Assembly (NCBI GenBank): GCA_963763295.1
Contig: CAVXOH010000017.1
Coordinates: forward strand, 7,465 to 71,464
DNA length: 64,000 nt
Direction: 5' to 3'
Source of the DNA: an uncultured Alphaproteobacteria bacterium
GTDB taxonomy: Bacteria > Pseudomonadota > Alphaproteobacteria > Rhodobacterales > Rhodobacteraceae
Notes under the pieces: generated by a model
Seen by the model: only the letters and a program-made list of their open reading frames with translations
Database searches by the model: none
Told to the model about the DNA's origin: nothing
Part shown: positions 1 to 10,898 of the stretch, piece by piece
Numbering within the stretch: position 1 is the stretch's first letter
Layout: every line of letters begins with the position of its first letter
Program-made: the position numbers and the translations under genes

Positions 1-920
1 AATGTCAATGGGTTAGCGGCTTGGGTCCCTCCGGGCGGCTGGCGGCCGGCTGCGGGGGGGGCACCGACCCCCGGAATTGAGAGTGTTCCAAAACGCGGAA
101 AGCACCTGTGAAGCCTGACGTCTGACGAAAGACGACGAAATACGAAACTGGTCATCGTTCAGCCGTCAGTCCGGAAGCCGGCTACCTGAAACGCCGAAAG
201 CGCACTAGTCTCAAGTACTTATGGCAGGAATCTCAGAGAAAAGCGCCGGGGTGATCGGCTGCCCGAGCCGTAGAACGCCCCGTCCGAGGGAACCCGGCAG
301 CTCGATCGCCCGTGGGGTGGAGCCCGGTCGCTCTGAGCGGGAAATGGCGTATATCGCATGTAACCGTCCGAATCCTACGGTTACAGCTTCGGTTACGGAT
401 TTTCCCTTTAATATCAACTCTGTAACCGTTGTAACCGTTGTAACCGTTTCTACAATAGAGATCGTAGGGAAGGAGGGAAATAGAGGAGGGGCAGGAGCAG
501 AGAGATAGTTCAATGGTGCGCGTACGACGGCTATATGGGAGCGACGGTTACACGGTTACAAGGTTACAGAACTAAATCAAACACTTAGGGGGAATTTGGG
601 TGTAACCGTCCGGATTTCGGTTACATTGCGTATAATGCAAGCGGGTTACAGCGCATCTCCGGGGCGAACTCCATGGGCAAGTAGCCTGTAGCCATCTCGC
701 CGGGCGTAGCGTGTGGCGCATCTTCGCTTGTAGCGCATTTGCGTCGGGTGGAGATGAAGGACTTTGGCCGTTGCCCCAGGAACGGCCGACAACCTCGTGG
801 GGTTGTAATCGCGAAAACAACCCCAGAAAATTGTGCGGGTAAGCCGTGGGAAGAAGCGGCCGCCGGCATTGATTCTAGGCGACTTTTGGCAGCCGTAGGG
901 GCTGCCACATCTCCACATTG
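1..920. mobile_element. Lower-GC segment, probable edge or remnant of a prophage/satellite-like element
   Basis: Composition differs sharply from the rest (361-420 has 26/60 G+C). No convincing host-type ORF; iteron-like repeats present. No integrase or att site is visible, so the element identity is inferred. Confidence 0.4.
359..650. repeat. Array of 12 GTAACC/GGTTAC motifs (iteron/origin-like)
   Basis: GTAACC at 360, 422, 431, 440, 602; GGTTAC at 379, 391, 546, 554, 562, 619, 644; TGTAACCGTCCG repeated exactly at 359 and 601. Confidence 0.85.
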
Positions 921-925
921 GCTGG

Positions 926-1243
926 TCAGGGAGCGGGCTCGGGCGGCCGCCTTGCTGCCGCGGCCTGGTAGCTGGCGGCATAGACGACGCAGAGGGCCGT
1001 CGCCGCGCCGCAGGCGACCATGAGGATCGGCCGGCTGAAGCCGAACCACCACAAGAGACCGAACCAGGACAGGTAGATGACGAGCGCCGCGAGCTTGTCG
1101 AACCCCCTGGAGACGACCGGCTTGCCGCGCGCATTCGCATCGCCGAGGAAGATCAGAAACGCAAAGCCGAGAACGAGAACCGTCGCCACGACGACCCCGA
1201 TCAGCGTATGCAGGACCACGGTCAGGACGGCGGAGATCATCAC
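926..1243 (-). CDS. Small membrane protein (about 3 TM), last gene of the cox operon
   Basis: 105-aa hydrophobic ORF; its start overlaps the subunit IV stop at 1240-1243. Confidence 0.7.
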   Translation of the reverse strand: MMISAVLTVVLHTLIGVVVATVLVLGFAFLIFLGDANARGKPVVSRGFDKLAALVIYLSWFGLLWWFGFSRPILMVACGAATALCVVYAASYQAAAARRPPEPAP

Positions 1244-1626
1244 TCGCCGCCTCCGAAATACTCGAGGCGGGTCAGGACGGTGTAGTCGGACTCGAAGGCC
1301 ATGATCCCGACGAAGACGAGAACCGCGAACATCGGCACGAGGATGGCATAGGCGAGCGCCTGGCGCTCCCAGACCATGTGCATGAAGACCGCGACGATCA
1401 GCCCGGCCTTGAGCAGCATGAAGATCAGGATGAGCGACCAGCGCAGGTAGCCCTGCATGCCGACGTAGTCGACCATGTAGGAGCAGGCGCTGAGCACGAA
1501 CAGCCAGCCCCAGACGACGAAGTAGACCCTCAGCGGATGGTGCTGGCCCTCCTCGTGCACGGCCGCCGCAGCGTGGGCGCCGTGGGGTTCCGGATGTGCC
1601 GGGCCGTGGGCGGTCAGTTCAGCCAT
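1240..1626 (-). CDS. Cytochrome c oxidase subunit IV family protein
   Basis: 3 TM segments, HPLRVYFVVWGWLF and VAVFMHMVWE motifs, position after the subunit III genes. Confidence 0.9.
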   Translation of the reverse strand: MAELTAHGPAHPEPHGAHAAAAVHEEGQHHPLRVYFVVWGWLFVLSACSYMVDYVGMQGYLRWSLILIFMLLKAGLIVAVFMHMVWERQALAYAILVPMFAVLVFVGIMAFESDYTVLTRLEYFGGGE

Positions 1627-1633
1627 GTGCGCC

Positions 1634-2353
1634 TCACCACAGGTAGAAGAAAGCGAAGATGAAGACCCAGACGAGGTCGACGAAGTGCCAGTAGAGCCCC
1701 ATCACCTCGACGTTCTCGTAGGCCCCCCGGCGGCTGGTGAAGTAGCCGGGCCGGCCGGTGTCGAAGTCGCCGCGCAGGACCTTCCGCGCGACGATGAGGA
1801 GGAAGATCACCCCGATCGTCACGTGGGTGCCGTGGAAGCCCGTGATCATGAAGAAGGTGGCGCCGAACTGCTCGGCGCCCCAGGGGTTGCCCCAGGGGCG
1901 GACGCCCTCGTGGATAAGCTTGGTCCACTCGAAGGCCTGCATGCCGACGAAGGTCGCGCCGAGCGCCGCGGTCGCGAGCATCAGCCGCGCCGTCGTCACC
2001 CGGTCGCGGCGGTAGCCGTAGTTGACCGCCAGCGCCATGGTGCCGGAGGAGGAGATCAGCACGAAGGTCATGATCGCGATCAGGAGGAGCGGGAAGTTTC
2101 TGCCGAAAACGTGCAGCGCGAAGACCTCGCTCGGGTTCGGCCAGGGCACCGTCGTCGAGCTGCGCGCGGTCATGTAGCCGATGAGGAAGCAGCTGAAGAT
2201 GAAGGTGTCGCTGAGCAGGAAGATCCACATCATCGCCTTCTTCCAGGACACCTGCTTGAAGGCGCGCTGGTCGGAGGACCAGTCGGCGACGATGCCGCGC
2301 CAGCCGGGCGGCCGGGGCCGGACGGGGAGGGAGGCGGAAGAGATCTCGGCCAT
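1634..2353 (-). CDS. coxP: Heme-copper oxidase subunit III family protein (CoxP type)
   Basis: WIFLLSD, TGFHGTHV and LYWHFVDLVWVFIF subunit III motifs. Confidence 0.93.
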   Translation of the reverse strand: MAEISSASLPVRPRPPGWRGIVADWSSDQRAFKQVSWKKAMMWIFLLSDTFIFSCFLIGYMTARSSTTVPWPNPSEVFALHVFGRNFPLLLIAIMTFVLISSSGTMALAVNYGYRRDRVTTARLMLATAALGATFVGMQAFEWTKLIHEGVRPWGNPWGAEQFGATFFMITGFHGTHVTIGVIFLLIVARKVLRGDFDTGRPGYFTSRRGAYENVEVMGLYWHFVDLVWVFIFAFFYLW

Positions 2354-2364
2354 GCTCAGTTACC

Positions 2365-3066
2365 TCAGGTCAGGAGACCGCGGCAGATGTTGACGAACTC
2401 GGCCGCCCAGCCGGTGAAGAGGACCAGCAGGCAGAGCCACACGAACAGGAGGAAGTGCCAGTAGGCGACGCAGAGCTCGAGGCGGAGCCGAAGCTTCGCT
2501 GAGCCCGCGCCGCTCCAGGCGGCGGGCGCGGCGCGCGCCAGCGCCACCAGGCCGCCGAGGATGTGCAGGCCGTGCAGCCCGGTCAGCAGGTAGAAGAAGC
2601 TGTTGGCCGGGTTGCCGGTCACCAGGTAGCCGCTGGCAACGAGGTCGCGCCAGGCGGCGAGTTGCCCGCCGAGGAAGGCCAGCGTCGCGACCGTGCCGGT
2701 GGCGAGACTGAGGCGCAGCGTGCCCGGGTCGCGCTGTCGGTCCGCGGCCAGCGCGCATTCGAGCGCGATGCTCGCGAGCACCAGCATGCCGGTGTTGAGC
2801 CAGACGACCCGCGGAATTGGCATCGGCCGCCAGTCCGCGTACTCCATGCGCATGAAGTAGGCGCTGGCGAAGAGGGCGAAGAGCGCGCCGACCACCGCGA
2901 GGAAGATGCCGAGCGCGATCTTCTGCGTCGGCATGCCCGTCGGCCCGGGCCCCCCGATCGGATCGGGCCCGACCTCGAGCCAGGGCTTGGACAGCACCCG
3001 CTGGTGCGCGAGCCACCAGCCCGCGAAGCCGATCACCACCACGAGGAAGACCAGGATCACGCTCAT
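2365..3066 (-). CDS. coxO: Cytochrome c oxidase subunit III (CoxO type)
   Basis: Real start MSVILVFLV at 3066 inside the longer tracked ORF; motifs TGLHGLHILGG and YWHFLLFVW. Confidence 0.9.
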   Translation of the reverse strand: MSVILVFLVVVIGFAGWWLAHQRVLSKPWLEVGPDPIGGPGPTGMPTQKIALGIFLAVVGALFALFASAYFMRMEYADWRPMPIPRVVWLNTGMLVLASIALECALAADRQRDPGTLRLSLATGTVATLAFLGGQLAAWRDLVASGYLVTGNPANSFFYLLTGLHGLHILGGLVALARAAPAAWSGAGSAKLRLRLELCVAYWHFLLFVWLCLLVLFTGWAAEFVNICRGLLT

Positions 3067-3071
3067 GGCTG

Positions 3072-4838
3072 CTACCGCACGGGCTGCTGTGGCCAGGGAT
3101 CGTCCTGGGCGATGAAGTCGCGCGGCGCGCCAGGCACGCTGTAGTCGTAGGCCCAGCGGTAGACGATCGGCAGTTCCCGGCCCCAGTTGCCATGCCCCGG
3201 CGGCGTCTCGGGCGTCTGCCACTCGAGCGATGCCGCGCCCCAGGGATTGCCGCCGGCCGGCCGGCCGTGCCGGATGCTCCAGACGATGTTGAACAGGAAC
3301 ACGAGCTGCGCGAAGCCGACGATGAGCGCGGCGACGCTGATGAAGGCGTTGAGCCCGCCGACCGGCGTGGTGATGAACGCCGGATCGCCGATCTCGACGT
3401 AGCGCCGCGGCACCCCGACCAGCCCGACATAGTGCATCGGGAAGAAGATCGCATAGGCGCCGACGAAGGTGACCCAGAAGTGGAACCGCCCCATGCCCTC
3501 GTCGAGCATCCGGCCGGTGATCTTCGGATACCAGTGGTAGATCGCCCCGAAGATCACCATGATCGGCGCCACGCCCATCACCATGTGGAAGTGCGCCACG
3601 ACGAACATGGTGTCGGAGAGCGGCACGTCGACGACGACGTTGCCGAGGAAAAGCCCGGTCAGCCCGCCGTTGAGGAAAGTTACGATGAAGGCGAGCGCGA
3701 ACAGCATCGGGATGGTCAGGTGGATGTCGCCGCGCCAGAGCGTCAGCACCCAGTTGTAGACCTTGATCGCCGTCGGCACCGCGATGATGAGCGTGGTGGT
3801 GGCGAAGAAGAACCCGAACATCGGGTCCATGCCGCTGACATACATGTGGTGCGCCCAGACCACGAAGGAGAGCGCGCCGATGATCACGATCGCCCAGACC
3901 ATCATGCGATAGCCGAAGATGTTCTTGCGCGCGTGGACGCTGATCAGGTCGGAGACGATGCCGAAGGCGGGCAAGGCCACGATGTAGACCTCTGGGTGGC
4001 CGAAGAACCAGAAGAGGTGCTGGAACAGGATCGGGGACCCGCCGCCGTAGGAGAGCTGCTCTCCCATCTCGACCAGCGCCGGCATGAAGAAGCTGGTGCC
4101 GAGCAGCCGGTCGAACATCATCATCACGCAGGCGACGAACAGCGCCGGGAAGGCCAGCATCGCCATGACGGTCGCGGTGAAGATGCCCCAGACCGTCAGC
4201 GGCATCCGCATCAGCGTCATACCGCGGGTGCGGCCCTGCAGCACCGTCACCACGTAGTTGAGCCCGCCCATGGTGAAGCCGATGATGAAGAGCATCAGCG
4301 AGGCGAGCATCAGGATGATGCCGGTCTGCTGGCCGCCGGGCGTGCCGGAGAGGATCGCCTGCGGCGGATAGAGCGTCCAGCCCGCCCCGGTCGGCCCGCC
4401 CGGCGCGAAGAAGCTCGCCACCAGCACCAGCACCGCCAGCAGGTAGATCCAGTAGCTCAGCATGTTGACGTAGGGGAACACCATGTCCCGGGCGCCGACC
4501 ATGAGCGGAATCAGGTAGTTGCCGAAGCCGCCGAGGAAGAGCGCGGTCAAAAGGTACACCACCATGATCATGCCGTGCATGGTGATGAACTGGTAGTAGG
4601 CCTCGGGCGTGATGAAGTCGAAGATGCCGGGAAAGCCGAGCTGCAGCCGCATCAGCCAGGAGAGCACCAGCGCGACGAGGCCGATGCCGATCGCGGTGGC
4701 CGAGTACTGCAGCGCGATGATCTTGGCGTCCTGCGAGAAGACGTAGGTCGTCCACCAGCTCCTGGGGTGGTAGAGCTCGACCTCCGGAACCTCGGCCGGC
4801 GGGATCCCGGTGTCGGCTTCGTGTGTTGCATCGACCAT
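3072..4838 (-). CDS. coxN: Cytochrome c oxidase subunit I (A-family)
   Basis: TMHGMIM, FWFFGHPEVY, VWAHHM and VVAHFHMV heme/CuB ligand motifs. Confidence 0.97.
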   Translation of the reverse strand: MVDATHEADTGIPPAEVPEVELYHPRSWWTTYVFSQDAKIIALQYSATAIGIGLVALVLSWLMRLQLGFPGIFDFITPEAYYQFITMHGMIMVVYLLTALFLGGFGNYLIPLMVGARDMVFPYVNMLSYWIYLLAVLVLVASFFAPGGPTGAGWTLYPPQAILSGTPGGQQTGIILMLASLMLFIIGFTMGGLNYVVTVLQGRTRGMTLMRMPLTVWGIFTATVMAMLAFPALFVACVMMMFDRLLGTSFFMPALVEMGEQLSYGGGSPILFQHLFWFFGHPEVYIVALPAFGIVSDLISVHARKNIFGYRMMVWAIVIIGALSFVVWAHHMYVSGMDPMFGFFFATTTLIIAVPTAIKVYNWVLTLWRGDIHLTIPMLFALAFIVTFLNGGLTGLFLGNVVVDVPLSDTMFVVAHFHMVMGVAPIMVIFGAIYHWYPKITGRMLDEGMGRFHFWVTFVGAYAIFFPMHYVGLVGVPRRYVEIGDPAFITTPVGGLNAFISVAALIVGFAQLVFLFNIVWSIRHGRPAGGNPWGAASLEWQTPETPPGHGNWGRELPIVYRWAYDYSVPGAPRDFIAQDDPWPQQPVR

Positions 4839-4897
4839 TCGTCTTCCTCCGTGCCCCGCCCGAGCTCATCGCGCGGAGCGTCTGTGTTTCCTTCCCG

Positions 4898-5722
4898 TCA
4901 CCGAACAGGCTCGGCCGCACCCACGCGCGTCGGCCGCGACAGCTCAGCGAACGTCGACTGCTCGCCGAGCCACGCCTGGTAGTCCGCCTCGCTGTCGATA
5001 TGCACGGCGCCGCGCATGAACGCGTGCCCGGTGCCGCAGAGCTCGGCGCACAGCACCTCGAACTCGCCGGTGCGCGTCGGCGTGAACCAGAAGTAGGTGA
5101 TCATCCCCGGCACCATGTCCATCTTGGCGCGGAACTCCGGCACGTAGAAGTCGTGCAGCACGTCGATCGAGCGCAGCAGCACCTTGACCGGACGATCGAT
5201 CGGCAGGTGCAGGTCGCTCGCCTCGACGATCACGTCGTCGGCCCCGTTCGGATCGTCCGGATCGACGCCGAGCGGGTTCTCGGGGCCGATCAGCTTGGCG
5301 TCGGAAAGGCCGAGCCGTCCGTCCTCCCCCGGCAGCCGATAGCTCCACTGCCACTGCTGCGCCACGACCTCGACGTCGGTCGCCTCGTCGGGGACGTTGA
5401 CGAAGTTGGCCCAGACGAACAGCCCCGGGGTCAGCATGGCCGCGACGCCGACCGCGGTGGCGACGGTCAGCCAGTACTCGAGCCGCTTGTTCTCGGGCTC
5501 GTAGTGGGCGCGGGCGCCCTCGCGATGGCGGAAGCGGAACACGCAGTAGGCCATGAACAGCACGACCGCCGCGAAGACGACTCCGGTGATCCAGAACGTG
5601 ATCGAGATCGTGTGGTCGATATAGCTCCAGTTCGAGGCGATCGGCGTCCACCACCACGGGCTCAGCAGGTGAAACATCACCGAGCCGACGACGACGACGA
5701 CGAGTACGAGCGCGATGACCAT
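4898..5722 (-). CDS. coxM: Cytochrome c oxidase subunit II
   Basis: DVLHDF and CAELCGTGHAFM CuA motifs; QQWQWSY; start MVIALVL with a GGAGG-like SD. Confidence 0.95.
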   Translation of the reverse strand: MVIALVLVVVVVGSVMFHLLSPWWWTPIASNWSYIDHTISITFWITGVVFAAVVLFMAYCVFRFRHREGARAHYEPENKRLEYWLTVATAVGVAAMLTPGLFVWANFVNVPDEATDVEVVAQQWQWSYRLPGEDGRLGLSDAKLIGPENPLGVDPDDPNGADDVIVEASDLHLPIDRPVKVLLRSIDVLHDFYVPEFRAKMDMVPGMITYFWFTPTRTGEFEVLCAELCGTGHAFMRGAVHIDSEADYQAWLGEQSTFAELSRPTRVGAAEPVR

Positions 5723-6037
5723 GCGCTCCGCCTCCCTGGCAGTGAATGGCTGGCAAGCCTTCCCGGCGCACCATAGCGCAATCCGCAGCCGGAAACCAAT
5801 CGCCAAAATTTCGAGCAAACCCGAGGAATGTCAGTCGATTGTGCCGGCGGGCGTCAGCGCCGGGCCTGCGGCCGCCCGTGCCGGGCCGATCCCAGACCGG
5901 CCTCCGGAATCCGAGCTCAGCGGGCCCTGCCGACTTGCCCGGACGAGCGGTAAATGTTCTGCTATCCTCCAGGCGTCACGACGCTGCGCTTTACCGGGAG
6001 GCACGAGCGTCCAACACAACGCGTCCGGAGGGTACAC

Positions 6038-6928
6038 ATGAACGACACCATCGGTAATCCGCTGTCCTGGACCGCGAAGGAAGTCGCTGCCGTCGGCAGG
6101 CAGATCGGGTCGTTCGCGACTCATGTCGGCCATGACACCGGCGACCTGGCCGCGCCCGGCATCCGGCACATCGGCGTCGAGGATCTGCGCGAGGTGCTGA
6201 GGAAGGGCGTGGAGGACTTCGGCGCCTGCCGCACCGACGTGATCGCGCTCTGCGTGTTCTACCCGGTGATTGGTGCCCTGCTCGCCTGGTTCGCCTTCGA
6301 CCGCAACCTGGTGCCGCTGCTCTTCCCGGTGATATCGGGGTTCGCGCTGCTCGGCCCGGTCGCCGGAGTTGGCCTCTACGAGATGAGCCGGAGGCGCGAG
6401 ATCGGCGAGGAGCCGAGCTGGGCCCATGCCTTCGAGGTCGTCAGGCATCCCTCCTTCGCCGCGATCGCGGTGCTCGGCCTGATGCTCGGTGGCGTCTTCA
6501 TCGTCTGGATGCTGACCGCGCACGGCATCTACTACGCGACCCTCGGCCCCGAATTGCCGGCCTCGCTCGGCGCCTTCCTCCGCGACACCTTCACCACCGG
6601 CGCCGGCTGGGCGATGATCATCGTCGGCTGCGCGGTGGGCTCGCTCTTCGCCGCCCTGGTGCTCGCCATCAGCGTCGTGTCCTTCCCGCTGCTCCTCGAC
6701 CGCGACGTCGGGCTGCCGGTTGCGGTCATCACATCGCTGCGCGTCACCGCCGCCAACCCGGTGCCGATCGCCGTGTGGGGCCTGATCGTCGCGGCGGGCC
6801 TGGTGATCGGGTCGATCCCGTTCTTCCTCGGCCTGATCGTGGTCCTGCCGGTCCTCGGCCACGCCACCTGGCACCTCTACCGGCGCACGGTGGTCATGGA
6901 GCCCCGCCTGGAACAGCGCGTCGAATAG
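6038..6928 (+). CDS. DUF2189-like integral membrane protein, divergent from the cox operon
   Basis: Multi-TM; LFPVISGFALLGPVAGVGLYEMSRRRE and PVLGHATWHLYRR match the family as I know it; GGAGG SD before ATG 6038. Confidence 0.8.
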   Translation: MNDTIGNPLSWTAKEVAAVGRQIGSFATHVGHDTGDLAAPGIRHIGVEDLREVLRKGVEDFGACRTDVIALCVFYPVIGALLAWFAFDRNLVPLLFPVISGFALLGPVAGVGLYEMSRRREIGEEPSWAHAFEVVRHPSFAAIAVLGLMLGGVFIVWMLTAHGIYYATLGPELPASLGAFLRDTFTTGAGWAMIIVGCAVGSLFAALVLAISVVSFPLLLDRDVGLPVAVITSLRVTAANPVPIAVWGLIVAAGLVIGSIPFFLGLIVVLPVLGHATWHLYRRTVVMEPRLEQRVE

Positions 6929-6947
6929 GCGATCTGCGAGATCCTGA

Positions 6948-8048
<1,101 letters not shown>

Positions 8049-8056
8049 CCCGTCCC

Positions 8057-9103
8057 TCAGCCGGCCCGCAGCGCGGCCATGCGGAGCAGCCCCTGCATGT
8101 AGCCGACGGCGTGTGCCCGGCCGCGATGGTTCCAGTCGCTGTCGCCGTCCATCTTCGGCACGTGGTCGTCGAGCAGGAAGCCCTCGAAGCCGTTGTCGAT
8201 CAGGAGCGCCATCACTTCGGCGGGGTCGAAGTTGCCCTCGCCGAGGAAGCATTCCTGGAAGTCGGGCACCGTCCCCTGCACGTCGCGGAAGTGCACGTAG
8301 GTGATGCGGCCCTTCGGGCCGAAGAACTCGATCATCTCGCGCACGTTGGCCGCGCCGCCCGGCATCTCGGAGCAGCAGCCGAGGCAGAGATCGAGCCCCC
8401 AGGCCGGGCTGCCCTCGCTGAGCTCCCAGGCCCGGCGGAACCCGGCCGGCTCATGGAAGAGCCGCGCGACGCCGCCGAGCATCGGCACCGGCGGATCGTC
8501 CGGGATGCAGCGCCAGGCATCACCCCCGCCTCCTCGGCCACCGGCAGCACGGCGCGGATGAAGTAGGCGTAGTTCGCCCACATCGTCTCGGCGTCGATCA
8601 CCGCCTCGCCCGGCCCGAAGACCGGCATCCGCTCCTGCCAGCCGAGGCTCGTCGGCAGGAACTGCCGCAGCTCCGCGGCCGAGCCGATGGCGTCGACGAG
8701 TTCCATGTCGAAGGCGGTGCAGCCGGCGCCGCCGCGGCCCGGCGCCAGCCGTTCGGTACGCCAGACCGAGTTCGGCATGAAATGGTAGCCGAGCACCGGG
8801 ATGCCGGCGGCGCCGACCGCGCGGATCGTGTCGCAGTAGGCCTCGATCTGGGCGTCGCGGCCCGGCAAGCCCTGCATGACCTTGTCGTAGAAATGCACCG
8901 GAACGTTCTCGATGGCCTCGAAGGCGAGCCCGTGCGCCTCGGTCCGCTCGACGAGGGCGGCGCAGATCCTCGACCCGCCACCGCTCGTCGCCGGGCAGCT
9001 TGGGCGTATTCATCTGGATGCCGGTCGCACCGATCTGGGCGGCAAACCGCAGCTTCTCCTCGGTCAGCTCGTTGAACTGGCCGATCGCAATCCGAATGCT
9101 CAT
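8057..9103 (-). CDS. uxuA: Mannonate dehydratase family protein, with three +1 frameshifts
   Basis: Segments AIENVP, LGYHFMP, HPDDPP, VHFRDV, DDHVP lie in different frames; extra C near 8960 and two more near 8505-8520. Confidence 0.85.
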   Translation of the reverse strand: MSIRIAIGQFNELTEEKLRFAAQIGATGIQMNTPKLPGDERWRVEDLRRPRRADRGARARLRGHRERSGAFLRQGHAGLAGPRRPDRGLLRHDPRGRRRRHPGARLPFHAELGLAYRTAGAGPRRRRLHRLRHGTRRRHRLGRGAAAVPADEPRLAGADAGLRAGRGGDRRRDDVGELRLLHPRRAAGGRGGGGDAWRCIPDDPPVPMLGGVARLFHEPAGFRRAWELSEGSPAWGLDLCLGCCSEMPGGAANVREMIEFFGPKGRITYVHFRDVQGTVPDFQECFLGEGNFDPAEVMALLIDNGFEGFLLDDHVPKMDGDSDWNHRGRAHAVGYMQGLLRMAALRAG

Positions 9104-9129
9104 CCTCTTTCCGTTCTCCCGAATCTGTC

Positions 9130-9968
9130 TCATCCCTTGACCGATCCCTCGGCCACGCCCTGCACCATGAAGCGCTGGGCGACGAAATAGAGCACCATCA
9201 GCGGGATCGACGACAGCACCGCCCCGCCATCAGCGGCCCCCAGGGCAAGCACGTCGCTGGTGATCAGGTAGTTGAGCGCCAGCGGCGCCGTGCGCTGGCT
9301 CTCCGAGGTGATGAGGACGAGCGCGAGCAGCAGCTCGTTCCAGGCGCCGGTGAAGGTGAAGATCGACACCGCGGCGATGCCGGGCGCCGACAGCCTGCAG
9401 CACGATGCGCACAAGCGCGCCCATCCGGCTCATGCCGTCGATCATGGCCTGCTCCTCGAGCTCGCGCGGCACGCTGCGGAAGTAGCTCTGCAAGAGCCAG
9501 GTGCTGAGCGGCAGCGAGAAGGTGAGATAGACGAGCACCAGCCCGTGCAGCGAATTGGCGAGGCCGAGCCGCGCCATCAGGATCGACAGCGGGATGAACA
9601 GGAGCGAGGTGGGCGTCAGGTAGGCGAACAGGATGATCCGGCCCGACCAGCCCGCGGAAGCGGGTGCGGTAGCGGACCAGCGAGTAGGCGGCGAAGGACG
9701 AGATGATCACCGAGATCACCGTGACCGACGCCGCCACGACGAAGCTGTTGCGCACGGCGTCGCAGGAAGCCCTTGTCGGCGATCAGCAGTGGTAATTGTT
9801 CAGCGTCAGCGTGTGCGGCCAGAGCGAGGGCATGCGGTAGATGTCGCGCGGCAGCTTCAGCGACGTGACGATCATCCAGTAGATCGGGAACAGCACCAGC
9901 AGCACGGCGAAGACCAGGACCGCATAGGTCAGCACGCGGCCGGCCAGCGCCTTCTGCGCCGCGCTCAC
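9130..9968 (-). CDS. Carbohydrate ABC transporter permease (frameshifted)
   Basis: PIYWMIVTSLK, NSFVVA, VPRELEEQAMIDG (EAA loop), WNELLLAL fragments in shifting frames; GTG start overlaps the upstream stop. Confidence 0.85.
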
Positions 9969-10839
9969 GTCTCGTCCCGCTGCAGGAAGGCCGTCGCCAC
10001 GATGACGAGGATCGCCAGCACCGGCAGCATCGCGACCGACACCGCCGCCGCCTCGCCGATGCGCTGGGTCTGCATGCCGAGATAGGCGAGCACCGGAAAG
10101 ACCATCGTCGCGTCGGACGGCCCGCCCTGGGTCAGCAGCCAGACATGCTCGAACGCGTTCGCGGTCCAGATCGAGGAGAGCAGCGTGGTCACGATCACCA
10201 CCTGGCGGATGCCGGGGAAGGTGACGAGCCAGAACCGCTGCCACGGCGCCGGCGCCGTCGACCGTCGCGGCCTCGTAGAGCTCCTTCGGCACCGACTGCA
10301 GCGCCGCGAGGATCGACACGAACCAGAACGGGAAGCCGCGCCAGACCGAGGCGATGATCACCGAGATCATCGCGGTATCGCGCTGGCCGAGCCAGTCGAC
10401 CACGTAGGGCCAGATGCCGGTCTGGGTCAGCACCAGGTTGATGCCGCCGCCGATCGGCTGGTAGAGCACGCGCCAGGTCAGGAACGCGACGAACGCCGGC
10501 ATCGCCCAGGGCAGCATCAGGAGCGCCCGGAAGATGCCGCGGCCCGGGATGTGCTGGGTGACGAGCAGCGCGAGCCCGAGCCCGATCGCCGAGCTTCAGC
10601 GCGTCGGTCACGAGCACGATCAGCACGGTGTTGCGGATCGCCGCCCCGAAGGTCGCCGAGCCCGCCAGGTAGCGGAAGTTGTCGAGTCCGATGAAGCTGC
10701 CGCCGCCGCCGATCACCCGGTCGGTGAACGAGACCCAGATCGCGAACAGGAACGGATAGGCGACGAGCCCGAGGATCAGCGCCAGCACCGGCAGCACCAG
10801 GACGGCGGCGAAGAGCGTCAGCCGCCGCTCGGCGCTCAT
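9965..10839 (-). CDS. Carbohydrate ABC transporter permease (frameshifted)
   Basis: YPFLFAIWVSFTD, LPWAMP, WRGFPFW, ELYEAATVDGA (EAA loop), TQGGPSDAT fragments. Confidence 0.85.
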
Positions 10840-10898
10840 CCCGGTGCGCGGGCTGGGCGGAGCGCCCGCCGGCGGCGGGCGCTTCGGAGGCGCCTTGG

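Noticed and set aside
115-175. Possible hammerhead ribozyme (CTGACGA..GAAA)
   Set aside because: No stem II between CTGACGA and GAAA, and no correctly placed stem III/NUH site.
211-820. Short ORFs 211-513, 221-508, 572-820, 621-1052 as genes
   Set aside because: No recognisable domain or good SD; the Val/Thr runs are a by-product of the GTAACC repeats.
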